Shown: positions 1 to 9,752 of the stretch, one piece after another
Numbering within the stretch: position 1 is the stretch's first letter
How the letters are laid out: each line of letters opens with the position of its first letter
NCBI GenBank assembly: GCA_049472335.1
Contig: JBLIRO010000026.1
Location: 1 to 59,741, forward strand
Length of the DNA: 59,741 nucleotides
Origin: a bacterium
Lineage (GTDB): Bacteria > SZUA-182 > DTGQ01 > JAFGSM01
Direction of reading: 5' to 3'
Made by a program: the position numbers and the translations under genes
The notes under the pieces: model-generated
The model's input: only the letters and a program-made list of their open reading frames with translations
The model's database searches: none
What the model was told of the DNA's origin: nothing

Positions 1-3000
1 ATTGATGCTGTCATAACAGGCACTAATAATAAATGTCAATCTTTTGTAGATATACGATATTTGACCATTAGATATATACCAATCAATGGGACCTTAGGAT
101 CTTTAGAGGTCCTTGATTTTGGAAATGAGGTATTATTACAGGCCGACACAATCACTGACTATGACGGTATAACTATATATAATCCCAAACGCTTCAAGCT
201 AACCACACGGGAAGGTACAGTCTATGTAATCAATTCCGAAACCGGAATTGAAAGCATCACAGACCAGTACGGTCATACTATCAGCTATGATGATGCCGGC
301 ATCCACCACTCATCAGGTGTTAGTATTGCCTTCGAGCGTGGAGTGGGTAATCGAATCGAAAGGATTAAAGACCCTCAAGGCCGCACTATTGAATATCACT
401 ATGATGAAGAGGGCTATCTTGAAAAGATTGTCCAGAATGGCGGAATGACCGGCCAAGAACGAATAATGGCACAATATAGCTATGCCGGAGAAGGAAAATC
501 ATTGTTTGGGGATTCATTGAAAAGAGATCTCCGGAAAATCATAGCCCCGGACGGCACAGAGCTTGGTCAATTCGAATATGACGCGAGTGGCCGGATGACC
601 GGCCTCATCGATGCCAATGGCAACCGTGTCATCTATGGCTATGATGTCCCCAACCACCGTCAGACCATTACTGATCGTCTTGGGAATGTCACAACCTATA
701 CCTATGACAACAAAGGAAATGTCACAAGCAAGACCGATCCTCTGGGAAATCTGATCCAGTGGGAGTACGATGATAATGACAATATGATCCGTGAGACGCT
801 TCCCAATGGAGCGGTGAACGTGAAGACTTACAATGCGGCAGGAGATGTGCTGACAGAGACCGATGCCCTTGGTAATACCACAAGCTATACCTATGATGCC
901 GCCGGAAGGATGCTTACCAAAACCGATGCCCTGGGCCGTGTCTATACCACAGAGCGTGATGTCAATGGCAACCCAGTAAAGGAATACGGCCCCCTTGGTG
1001 ATACCATCTGGAGCACGTATGATGCTGAGGGCAATCTTGTCACACAAAAGGGCATGAACGGCGTAGTCAGTGCCTTTGCCTATAATGAAAGCGGGCTGGT
1101 GATAAACACTGAAACCTACATGCAAGATGATCCCAATAATATACTCTCACGACAAGAAACGGAGTACGATTCTGAAGGCAGGCCGGTGCGGAGCGTGCAA
1201 TATGTAAATGTGGGTGAACCCGACGAAGGTATGATTGTCACACACAATGAGTACGATGACTGGGGCAGCCTCATACGCGATATCAATCCTTCCGGAACAA
1301 GCGAATTCCGCTATGATGGAAATGGCCAAAAGTTTGCCAGTGCCAACCATCTTGGTCAGTGGACACACTATGTTTACAATGACCAGGGCAAGCTTATCAA
1401 AACCATATTACCCGACGAAATTGAAGACAACGACGGAGATCCTGCTGATCCATTATTCGATTCATCTGCTCTTGAAGACAATCCATTCACAGCGTCGACC
1501 TATGATGCTGAAGGCCGAATCCTTACAAACATTGACATGTTTGGCAATGTCACTATGTATGAGTACGATGCCAACGGCAACCGGATAAAGACGATCCATC
1601 CCGATGGCACACAATCAATGCAGGTATACGATTCAGCCGGGAATGTAATCGCCATGGTCGACCTCTTTGGTAATGTTACAAGTTATGAGCATGACCTCAT
1701 GGGCCGGCAAACGGTGCGTATGGATGCCCTTGGTTACCAGTGGACTACCCAATACGATGCCGTAGGCAACCGGATTGCCTCCATCGATCCGGTCGGCAGA
1801 ATCACAGAGTACAAATACGATGAGGCGGACCGTCTGATACAGACCATTTATCCTGACGGTTTCCAGACAAACCGCACTTACGACATCCATGGCAATGTAA
1901 CTTCTGAAACCGATCAGGCAGGTCGCACCACCTGGATGTCATATGACGAACTGAACCGTCTTGTAGAGGTTAGACAACTACCGGAAGCCAACACCAACGA
2001 TATGGCGGTCACAAATTATGAATACGATAAACAGGGCCGCAAGGTTGCCCAGATCGACGCACTGGGGAGAAGGACAACCTGGACCTATGATATTTACGGC
2101 AGAGTAATCTCAAGGACTCTGCCGGAGGGAGAGACCGAGACCTTCACTTACCTCTCTGATGGAAGAAAGGAAAGCCATACCGATTTTAACGGGCAGGTCA
2201 CGACATATAATTATGACAATAAGGGCCGGTTGATTGGAACTCACTGGATGGATGGCGTAAATGACAATATACCTGATATATCCTATCAATATGACAGTAC
2301 AGGGCGAATCATTGAAGCCGCCAAGGGCAGTGTCACAGTGCAGTATATATATGATAATATCCAAAAGAGCCTGGCTTCACTGATCTACCCCGGAATCGGC
2401 CGTATTGACTATGAGTACGACCCCCTTGGCAGAAGGATTGGTCTGACTACCGTAACCGGCACCGCAGCAAATCCCCGTATGCGGCGCATTGATTACTCTT
2501 TTGATCCCCTTTCACGCATCCAAAGCGTAACCAGTGCCCACGGAACCACATTATATAGATACGATGAGGTGGGAAATCAGATACAAATGATCACAACGGA
2601 TGGGATAGAGCAGCTCATAACCACATACGTATATGATCACCTAAACCGAATCACATCTATCAATCTTTTGGACACCATTGGCAATAAAATTGCTTCATAT
2701 AATTATACCCTTGATCCAAGCGGCATGGTAATGGATATCATGGAGAACGGTAGCCGTACAGTCAGCTATACGTATGACAACCTTGCGCGCCTCCTAACGG
2801 AAACCGTTTCCGAAATCGCTCAGCCTAATAAAACCTGGACCTTCGCCTATGACAAGGTAGGCAACCGGACATCTCAAGTCAAGCCGGACGGGGAGGTCAT
2901 TACCTATTTATACGACGACAACGACCGCCTGCTTACTGAGACATCAAATGTCAGCGGACTCACAACCTTCTCTTACAACGATAATGGCGATCTGACCGGC

Positions 3001-4275
3001 ATGGACTCTCCAACCGAGACCGCAACATACTCATATGATCCCGTCGGTCGATTGATAGCAGCCCAGGTCAACCGCGAAGGAAACCTCCTGAATACTATGT
3101 ACGAGTATGACCACAATAATAACCGCATCCGCAGCATAGTAACAGATTCAAGCAGCACGCAAGACATATCCATGCTCGTAGACCCGACTTTCCAGTTCGC
3201 GCAGGTACTCGAAGAACAGGATGCAGCAGGCAACCTTGTGGCATCATACACTTACGGCAATGATCTGCTGGCACAGCAACGCCCAGAAGGCCTAAGCTAC
3301 TACCACCATGACCGCATAGGGTCTGTCAGAATGCTCACCACAATAAACGGCTCTCCAGTTAATGACTATACCTATGAGGCATACGGTTCCACTCTGGCTG
3401 AGACTGCAACAATCAACAATAATTACAAGTACACCGGGGAGCAACTTATACCGGAGCTTGGATGGTATTATCTCCGGGCGAGGAATTATAATCCCACAAT
3501 CGGTCGCTTCACTTCCGTTGATCCCGTTACAGGTGTAATGACACAACCGTTGACGCTTAATAAGTATGGGTATACGGAGGGAAGACCGACGACTTATACT
3601 GATCCGAGTGGAGAGTTTGTACTTGGTGATCTCATGTTGGTAAATTATATTTGGGGATTAATTTCAGAATCATTGGTTTCCCCTGGATATTTTGCACAAA
3701 AAGGATTTTACTTCGATGAATGGAAGCACATTTTTAAAAAACCATATTGGACTTTTAGTTGTGATATCTATGGATTAGAACCAGGAGTAAATATTAATTA
3801 TGGTTTTGGTATTTCAGGAGGCGAAGAATTCCTACTACCTGACCATTGTCCAGATGAGGCATGGATGTATGTTTATGGTGGATTTGGATTTTCTGTTGGA
3901 ATGCCTAACCCACTTAGAAAATTTATGCCCTCTTTTTTAAGGGATATTGGGAGGAGTTCTGTGAGGGGTTATTCAGGAAAAGTATGGGGGGTTAGAAATG
4001 CTGAAGACTATAAAGGTGACTTCTATACTGTTTGGGCCAGAAGTATTCTACTTAGAATCCCATGGGTAAAAAATTGGATTGCTAAAAACAATATACCATT
4101 GAATGGGACAATTTTCTGGGGCATGCCTAATTTGAGGGGAGAATTCCCATTTGGATACTTAAATACGGATTTCACAACAAGTACAAGTCTTGGATCAGTT
4201 GGTGCTTCATTTTCATACTACTTCTATGTTGGCCCATTATCAAGGAAAGAATTTCATAATTTGACTATTTGGTAA
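1..4275 (+). CDS. Rhs/YD-repeat protein with RHS core and C-terminal (toxin-like) domain; 5'-truncated by the window edge
   Basis: Frame 1 is open from position 1. Dozens of YDxxGR/N repeats, core 'YKYTGEQ..GWYYLRARNYNPTIGRFTSVDP', PxxxxDPxG motif (PTTYTDPSG, ~3586-3612), then a more AT-rich ~220-aa C-terminal tip. Confidence 0.95.
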   Translation: MDAVITGTNNKCQSFVDIRYLTIRYIPINGTLGSLEVLDFGNEVLLQADTITDYDGITIYNPKRFKLTTREGTVYVINSETGIESITDQYGHTISYDDAGIHHSSGVSIAFERGVGNRIERIKDPQGRTIEYHYDEEGYLEKIVQNGGMTGQERIMAQYSYAGEGKSLFGDSLKRDLRKIIAPDGTELGQFEYDASGRMTGLIDANGNRVIYGYDVPNHRQTITDRLGNVTTYTYDNKGNVTSKTDPLGNLIQWEYDDNDNMIRETLPNGAVNVKTYNAAGDVLTETDALGNTTSYTYDAAGRMLTKTDALGRVYTTERDVNGNPVKEYGPLGDTIWSTYDAEGNLVTQKGMNGVVSAFAYNESGLVINTETYMQDDPNNILSRQETEYDSEGRPVRSVQYVNVGEPDEGMIVTHNEYDDWGSLIRDINPSGTSEFRYDGNGQKFASANHLGQWTHYVYNDQGKLIKTILPDEIEDNDGDPADPLFDSSALEDNPFTASTYDAEGRILTNIDMFGNVTMYEYDANGNRIKTIHPDGTQSMQVYDSAGNVIAMVDLFGNVTSYEHDLMGRQTVRMDALGYQWTTQYDAVGNRIASIDPVGRITEYKYDEADRLIQTIYPDGFQTNRTYDIHGNVTSETDQAGRTTWMSYDELNRLVEVRQLPEANTNDMAVTNYEYDKQGRKVAQIDALGRRTTWTYDIYGRVISRTLPEGETETFTYLSDGRKESHTDFNGQVTTYNYDNKGRLIGTHWMDGVNDNIPDISYQYDSTGRIIEAAKGSVTVQYIYDNIQKSLASLIYPGIGRIDYEYDPLGRRIGLTTVTGTAANPRMRRIDYSFDPLSRIQSVTSAHGTTLYRYDEVGNQIQMITTDGIEQLITTYVYDHLNRITSINLLDTIGNKIASYNYTLDPSGMVMDIMENGSRTVSYTYDNLARLLTETVSEIAQPNKTWTFAYDKVGNRTSQVKPDGEVITYLYDDNDRLLTETSNVSGLTTFSYNDNGDLTGMDSPTETATYSYDPVGRLIAAQVNREGNLLNTMYEYDHNNNRIRSIVTDSSSTQDISMLVDPTFQFAQVLEEQDAAGNLVASYTYGNDLLAQQRPEGLSYYHHDRIGSVRMLTTINGSPVNDYTYEAYGSTLAETATINNNYKYTGEQLIPELGWYYLRARNYNPTIGRFTSVDPVTGVMTQPLTLNKYGYTEGRPTTYTDPSGEFVLGDLMLVNYIWGLISESLVSPGYFAQKGFYFDEWKHIFKKPYWTFSCDIYGLEPGVNINYGFGISGGEEFLLPDHCPDEAWMYVYGGFGFSVGMPNPLRKFMPSFLRDIGRSSVRGYSGKVWGVRNAEDYKGDFYTVWARSILLRIPWVKNWIAKNNIPLNGTIFWGMPNLRGEFPFGYLNTDFTTSTSLGSVGASFSYYFYVGPLSRKEFHNLTIW

Positions 4276-4311
4276 TTATTTACTAGATGGCTAAGTATGG
4301 AGGAAAATAAA

Positions 4312-4434
4312 ATGAAATGGGGATGGTTCGAAAGCGCCGATGAAAGCCGGCAGGAAGCAGGGGATGATAGAGCCCTACATGGACGAAAAAGGGGATGGGG
4401 ATGTGGACGCGTTCAAATTTTTTCATTCTATTAG
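4312..4434 (+). CDS. 40-aa ORF (MKWGWFESADE...), possibly the decapitated start of the Rhs immunity gene
   Basis: Strong GGAGG RBS at 4299-4303 and ATG just after the Rhs stop; the ORF runs into purine-rich repeat-like DNA. Confidence 0.3.
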   Translation: MKWGWFESADESRQEAGDDRALHGRKRGWGCGRVQIFSFY

Positions 4435-4439
4435 CGCTG

Positions 4440-4469
4440 TTGACAAAAACTTTATCTATAAATTATACT
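4440..4469 (+). promoter_or_regulatory. sigma70-type promoter for the protease islet
   Basis: TTGACA-N18-TATACT upstream of the AAGGAG RBS of 4524. Confidence 0.55.
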
Positions 4470-4523
4470 GATTGAAGAGAAAGTAAGCTAATTTTCATTA
4501 AAACTTATTCAAGGAGATATGTT

Positions 4524-5474
4524 TTGCCTGATAATTCTAACAATAATGAAAGATTAAAATTAATTACGGAAATAGAAAAACAAACAAATTCTAATTTGAT
4601 TTGTCTCGTCTATAATACCACTCCTACTAGATTCCGGACTCAACTTGCTAGTGACCTACTTTCTCCACTTAATAGCCTATTAAAATCAATACCTAAAAGC
4701 TTTAAGAAGGAAAATGTGTTTTTATTACTTCATTCTACAGGTGGTACTTTAGATGTGATCACATCCTTTGTTTATTTAGTAAGAATGCATTTTAAATTGT
4801 TCAATGTTGTAATTCCTGAAATAGCTCATAGTGCCGCAACAATACTTTCCCTTGGTGCAGATAAGATTTATATGAGTTATTATTCCTCATTGAGTCCTTT
4901 CGATCCCCAAGTCACTATTAGAACTCAAGCGGGGAATATAGCCGCCAGTTTAGAGGCTATTGAAGGATATTATTCCATTATGAAAGATATGTTTAATGAT
5001 GACACAGCAAAGATTCAAGCATTCAACTTATTGGCCAATCGTTTTCCTCCTGAGGTCTTGGGAGAAGTTGAACGTGTTAAACAACAAGTTAAAATGATAG
5101 CCAGTAAGATGCTTAAATATCAAGAGTTCAAGGATGATAGAATTGAATCTATTGTGAATAGATTTCAAAAAGAATTTTTTTCACATAATTACCGTATTCA
5201 TTTTGATGAAGCAAAAGATCTTGGTTTGAATGTTTATTTAATGAATGAAGAATTAGAAAATTTGTCACTACAATTATTATCATTATATACACAAAGTTTT
5301 GGCGGGAAATCTGACCTTGAGATTGAAATACCAGAAGGAGAGAATTATAGCGAAATAATCCTTAATAGGAGTTATTTAGAGTGTCAGTATTCCAGTTTCA
5401 GCTATAAAACTAAATATAGAGTATTAAAGGAAAAACGAGTTGAACTGGAAGAATTGGGTTGGCTTCAAAATTAA
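4524..5474 (+). CDS. SDH-family (DUF114-like) ClpP-fold serine protease
   Basis: Motifs LLLHSTGG, IPEIAHSAATILSLGADKIYM, SLSPFDPQ and C-terminal SH-x-Y-x-I-x(3)-EAKDLGL; TTG start with AAGGAG RBS. Confidence 0.85.
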   Translation: MPDNSNNNERLKLITEIEKQTNSNLICLVYNTTPTRFRTQLASDLLSPLNSLLKSIPKSFKKENVFLLLHSTGGTLDVITSFVYLVRMHFKLFNVVIPEIAHSAATILSLGADKIYMSYYSSLSPFDPQVTIRTQAGNIAASLEAIEGYYSIMKDMFNDDTAKIQAFNLLANRFPPEVLGEVERVKQQVKMIASKMLKYQEFKDDRIESIVNRFQKEFFSHNYRIHFDEAKDLGLNVYLMNEELENLSLQLLSLYTQSFGGKSDLEIEIPEGENYSEIILNRSYLECQYSSFSYKTKYRVLKEKRVELEELGWLQN

Positions 5475-5492
5475 TTCAATAAGGGAGTAAAT

Positions 5493-5666
5493 ATGAAAAT
5501 AAATCTTACAAAACTATTAGAATTATCTAAAATGGTTGATCCTCCTCCGGTTGATTCAAAACAGACAGATGCTTCATATTTTTTAAAGACAGGACATGAT
5601 TCAACCTCTTCAGATGAGGCCTATTCTTTTGAATTAGAGGAAGATGCTTTTAGCTTAACTGAATGA
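5493..5666 (+). CDS. 57-aa acidic small protein (MKINLTKLLELSKMVDPPPVDSK...ELEEDAFSLTE), absent from the ORF track
   Basis: AAGGGAG RBS; the ORF fills the gap between 5474 and 5678 with short spacers; acidic, probably disordered tail. Confidence 0.7.
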   Translation: MKINLTKLLELSKMVDPPPVDSKQTDASYFLKTGHDSTSSDEAYSFELEEDAFSLTE

Positions 5667-5677
5667 TATTTGGATAA

Positions 5678-6298
5678 ATGCTTTCGAATTCTAATGCTTT
5701 CTATAATCAAAAAGAAGAAAATTGGAATCAGGGTGATGTTGTACTTACAATCAAATTCAATGAAATAAAAAGTGGTATAGCTGTTTTATTGACTCCTCAG
5801 TGTGATATTTATCATAATAAAGCTGATTTTTTTTTATTTATTTTAACAATTGACTTTCTCCATTCTTTTCGAAGAATCATTGATCCAAATGATAAATTAT
5901 TAGATGAAGATCATTTTAATGGAATAACAGAATTATCAAAGAATAAGCTTGACAGTGTTATTAAAAATTTGTTACGTAATCTTACTGGTTCAAGTTCACC
6001 AAGGTTTTACTATTTACCACCTTATGATAAATTTGGTATAAAATTTGGTCCATATTATCTTGATTTTCAAAGGATATTGACAGTACCTATTGAAAATTTA
6101 AATGAATGGGAAAAAAATAGAGTTACTACTATAGCAAATCCTTTTCGATCTCAGATATTTTCTAGATACATTTCTTATATAGGCCGCATTGGGACACCAG
6201 ATTATACCTCAAAAGAACTCTATCAAATTCTTAAATGTTCAAGGCTTCGATTTCTTGACAAAGATTTCTATGACATCTGCGATAAAAAATTCAAATAG
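5678..6298 (+). CDS. hypothetical protein, putative PemK/MazF-like fold (QGD...LTPxCD...FYYLP...DF...GRIGxP family)
   Basis: N-terminal 'QGDVV...AVLLTPQCDI' resembles the RGD(I/V)...vvvS of PemK/MazF; the fold call is inference. Confidence 0.6.
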   Translation: MLSNSNAFYNQKEENWNQGDVVLTIKFNEIKSGIAVLLTPQCDIYHNKADFFLFILTIDFLHSFRRIIDPNDKLLDEDHFNGITELSKNKLDSVIKNLLRNLTGSSSPRFYYLPPYDKFGIKFGPYYLDFQRILTVPIENLNEWEKNRVTTIANPFRSQIFSRYISYIGRIGTPDYTSKELYQILKCSRLRFLDKDFYDICDKKFK

Positions 6299-6438
6299 AT
6301 AGATTTAAACCTAGGAAGTATAGAGGCAGGAAAGAAGGGAACGGGGACATTGTTTACTAATCTTACTTATCCATCAATTGAATAACTAATAGGGATGTGG
6401 AGGATTTACAGGGACGGCGTTAGTTTGTTTATCAAAAA

Positions 6439-6468
6439 TTGACAGTGTTAGGAGATATGAACTATAAT
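6439..6468 (+). promoter_or_regulatory. sigma70-type promoter
   Basis: Perfect TTGACA-N18-TATAAT. Confidence 0.55.
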
Positions 6469-6714
6469 TTAATTAGTTAATGTTCCAATCCAAAATTGAA
6501 TAATCCAGTTGATTTAAATCCAACCTGATAAATATCTTGTTTCCGGAATTGAGTTATTTTAAAAATTCTGATTAAAATCCTCTTGTTTTTTTGAATCTGA
6601 TATAAGTATATTAGAAATATCATGAGTCTATTATAAATAATGATGAGGTGTTAGGTATAGTATAAACATCCTCTCAGGTTTTTGAAATAATCTTTAAAAA
6701 TGGAGAGAAAAGAA

Positions 6715-7272
6715 ATGAAAACACGAAATTGGAAAATATTTATATTGGCAATATCCCTGAACTTTTTTTTAAGTCTTTATGTTGTAAATTGTTTTGGAGA
6801 ATTTAACTCATATATGGATATAGGCTGGCCAAATCAGTCATCACAGATCATAATAGGTCCATCGGAATTAATGGGGATGCAAAGTATCTATCCATATTAC
6901 GCGCAACAGATAAATAAGCAGGAATATACAAATTATAATTTATGGTCTGGCACATTACAGCAAAACATAGGGCAAAGATTCCAAGCGGGTTTAGGAATGC
7001 GGAACATTAGCTTATATCCAGATCCGCAATGGGGATTTATGCTGCAAGCTATTCAATCGATTATATCGCATGATCCACTTGATTTTCCGTATACTGTTTC
7101 CCCTATTAAAATTACACAGACTACCCTTTTTGATATTAATGGGATGAGTGCATCATACAATCTTTTTGAGCCTTTACCTTCTTTTTATGAACCTGCTATA
7201 TATCCAGGACTTACTATACTTGGCAGGAATGTTCCATTCCCCATACGGTATGAGTGGAGGCACAGGTATTAA
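6715..7272 (+). CDS. secreted Tyr/Pro/Gln-rich hypothetical protein
   Basis: Signal peptide MKTRNWKIFILAISLNFFLSLYVVNCFG; GGAG RBS favours ATG 6715 over 6700. Confidence 0.7.
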   Translation: MKTRNWKIFILAISLNFFLSLYVVNCFGEFNSYMDIGWPNQSSQIIIGPSELMGMQSIYPYYAQQINKQEYTNYNLWSGTLQQNIGQRFQAGLGMRNISLYPDPQWGFMLQAIQSIISHDPLDFPYTVSPIKITQTTLFDINGMSASYNLFEPLPSFYEPAIYPGLTILGRNVPFPIRYEWRHRY

Positions 7273-7494
7273 TACATGGCTTGGTGGCTATTAGGGACGT
7301 GATGAACATCAATTTATTGAAGGACAAGATGTTTGTTGTAAGTTCTTCTTCGGAAAATTATTTAAAGGTATTTGATTAGTATTATCAAAAATATAAAAAA
7401 TAAACTATAATAGGATTGATATTGATAGGAAATAAATTTTTTTAATAGAATAACGATCTAAAATTTCGAAATCCGGAAACCTTAAATTTCAACC

Positions 7495-8868
7495 ATGAAG
7501 GTACTCTTAATCTCAGTCAATAACGAGGATTTCCCTTCTCCCGTTTATCCCCTGGGTCTAGCTTATATAAGGTCTTCCTTAAAAAGGGCAGGGCATAAGG
7601 TTAGCTCTATTGATATCTATCAGCAGAGCGACTGGCAGGAGGCAATAGACAGCAATATAGAATCCTTTGCCCCGGAAATAGTAGGCATCTCCATCCGGAA
7701 TGTGGACAACCTCACTTACCCGTCTCCTGTTTTTTATCTCCCTTTTATCAAACAAGTGGTTGAATTTATCAAGACCGGATCTGAGGCAAGGATTGTAGTG
7801 GGAGGTTCAGGGTATTCTGTTTTTCCTGGAGCTATTCTTGAGTATCTGGACCTGCACTACGGGATTGTCGGGGAGGGAGAGATCCCCTTCTTTTTGCTTC
7901 TGAGCCGCTGGGGTGAGAACAGGGATATTAATGATCTTCCGGGAATAGTCATAAGGGAGAACGGAAAAACGACGGTCAACCGGTGCGCAGAGGCTTTAAA
8001 TTGGGAACGGCCCAGGCTACCTGACAGAGAAGACCTGACATCTCATAATAATCGGGCGTTTCGCCACAATCTTCAAACCAAACGGGGCTGCCCATTTAAA
8101 TGCCGTTATTGCACCTATCCGGTTATAAACGGAAGCCGGGTCCGAGTTAGAGAGCCGGATGAAATCTGTGAAGAATGGAGTGCCCTCATAGATAAATACG
8201 ATTGCCAATATATCGATTTGGTAGACGATATCTTTAATTATCCGGCCGGGCACGCGGAGGATGTCTGCCGGGAGATAATCAGAAGGGATATAAGGTGTGG
8301 ATGGACGGCCTTTATTCATCCGAAGGATGTGAGTGAAGAGCTTTTCCCCTTAATGAAAAAAGCCGGATGCGTTGGTGTTGAAATCGGTGTGGATTCATTA
8401 TCTGACAAGGTGCTTGAAGGCCTGGGGAAATCATTTTCTTTTAATGATGTTGAGCATGTGTCCGGTTTGTGCAGGAAAGTGGACCTTAAATACGCTTACT
8501 ATCTCATATTCGGAGGTCCGGACGAGGATGAGAAAACCCTGGAGGAAACATTTGAGTTATGCCGCCGCCTGAATCCAACGGCGGTTATAGCCTTAGCAGG
8601 GATAAGGATTTACCCTTCAACCTTACTCGCAGAAATAGCCTCTGAAGAGGGAATAATCGATAAAGATGATTCTTTGCTCGATCCCAAATTCTATTTTTCA
8701 ACTTATTTCAGGGAAAGAAAAGATATGCTATGTAAGATTATTGCAGAACATGCCTGCGCGGAAAGAAACTGGATTGTCCCGGGATTAGGTATCCGTTCAC
8801 CCCGGAATCTTTTCCACCACTTGAAAAGTCTGGGCTATCAGGGGCCTCTATGGAATCTGCTCAGGTAA
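7495..8868 (+). CDS. B12-binding radical SAM protein, lipid-biosynthesis (ladderane-cluster, TIGR04072-like) type
   Basis: N-terminal 'PVYPLGLAY...GHKV...PEIVGISIRNVDN' cobalamin-binding domain; QTKRGCPFKCRYC radical SAM motif; FGGPDEDEKTLEET. Confidence 0.85.
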   Translation: MKVLLISVNNEDFPSPVYPLGLAYIRSSLKRAGHKVSSIDIYQQSDWQEAIDSNIESFAPEIVGISIRNVDNLTYPSPVFYLPFIKQVVEFIKTGSEARIVVGGSGYSVFPGAILEYLDLHYGIVGEGEIPFFLLLSRWGENRDINDLPGIVIRENGKTTVNRCAEALNWERPRLPDREDLTSHNNRAFRHNLQTKRGCPFKCRYCTYPVINGSRVRVREPDEICEEWSALIDKYDCQYIDLVDDIFNYPAGHAEDVCREIIRRDIRCGWTAFIHPKDVSEELFPLMKKAGCVGVEIGVDSLSDKVLEGLGKSFSFNDVEHVSGLCRKVDLKYAYYLIFGGPDEDEKTLEETFELCRRLNPTAVIALAGIRIYPSTLLAEIASEEGIIDKDDSLLDPKFYFSTYFRERKDMLCKIIAEHACAERNWIVPGLGIRSPRNLFHHLKSLGYQGPLWNLLR

Positions 8869-8884
8869 AAAACAAAAAAGAAAA

Positions 8885-8939
8885 CAAAAAAGGGGACGGA
8901 TCTATTTTTTTCTAAAAAATAGATCCGTCCCCTTTTTTG
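8885..8939. terminator. perfect 26-bp inverted repeat (REP-like; bidirectional terminator)
   Basis: CAAAAAAGGGGACGGATCTATTTTTT-TCT-AAAAAATAGATCCGTCCCCTTTTTTG between convergent genes. Confidence 0.85.
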
Positions 8940-8954
8940 CTTTCTTGCTTTTGC

Positions 8955-9752
8955 CTATATAGCTTTCCTAAGTGATTCAAGGCATTGCGGCATCTGCCCT
9001 TCCAGGATTTTTGAAAGATTATAGGATAAGATATGCTTGTTTTCCTTCCCTTTTGTTAATTCATAGATATTATAGTATTTATCGGTACGGTTACCCTCTA
9101 TTGTATAGGTCCAGATAACCTCGTTAGTGTCCATGCGCCTCAACCTTAGAGTTAAAAAAACGCTTAATTCAAAAGAGACATAAGGCAATCCCAAGATTCT
9201 GGTCATCCATGCGTAAAAGCCGGAACCATAATAATATCCTGTCTCCTTAAGGAAAGTGCGCTCCAATATCCCTTCCAGGCGGTAGTCTATATCGGCATAT
9301 CTGTCAATGGGAAGGAATACGGCTTTTTTGAATATTCCGGTTCGTTCAATGTGATTGTATATGGCACGGGAGAAGGCCAATGTAAAGGACTTTGAATTAT
9401 ATTCCGTAAATCCTGTAGAGATATCCGGTACTTCTGAAATAAAATCGATCCATAAAACACCCGGAATGAACCCCAGCCATTTTCTCTCATCACTGGTAAT
9501 AGACTGAGGCCGCATATCTATAAATTCATCTACGCCGATTGTCAACCCACAGGATTTTTCAAAACTATTATCAGGACCTTTATAATAATCCAATGAAAGA
9601 TCCAGCTTCGAAGCAGCACAGGAAGATATTAGGAGAATCAGAAGAAATGACAGACTAAATCCTTTTAATATCCTGAAGGTATTTGGAGATTTTTTTAAAA
9701 AAGCAGCCCTTGATTTGAAATTATGGCTGTAAAAAATTACTATTTTCCCCAT
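8955..9752 (-). CDS. putative lipoprotein
   Basis: Hydrophobic stretch ending in lipobox LISS-C; start overlaps the stop of the upstream gene. Confidence 0.75.
   Translation of the reverse strand: MGKIVIFYSHNFKSRAAFLKKSPNTFRILKGFSLSFLLILLISSCAASKLDLSLDYYKGPDNSFEKSCGLTIGVDEFIDMRPQSITSDERKWLGFIPGVLWIDFISEVPDISTGFTEYNSKSFTLAFSRAIYNHIERTGIFKKAVFLPIDRYADIDYRLEGILERTFLKETGYYYGSGFYAWMTRILGLPYVSFELSVFLTLRLRRMDTNEVIWTYTIEGNRTDKYYNIYELTKGKENKHILSYNLSKILEGQMPQCLESLRKAI

Noticed and set aside
248..3546. Multiple alternative-frame and antisense ORFs within the Rhs gene (e.g. 514..1125 -)
   Set aside because: Shadows of a well-supported long gene with no motifs of their own; the same applies to nested ORFs elsewhere in the track.
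1..4275. Rhs as the effector of the sheath gene at 57942
   Set aside because: They are over 50 kb apart and the N-terminus (PAAR or other delivery domain) is outside the window, so no link can be supported.
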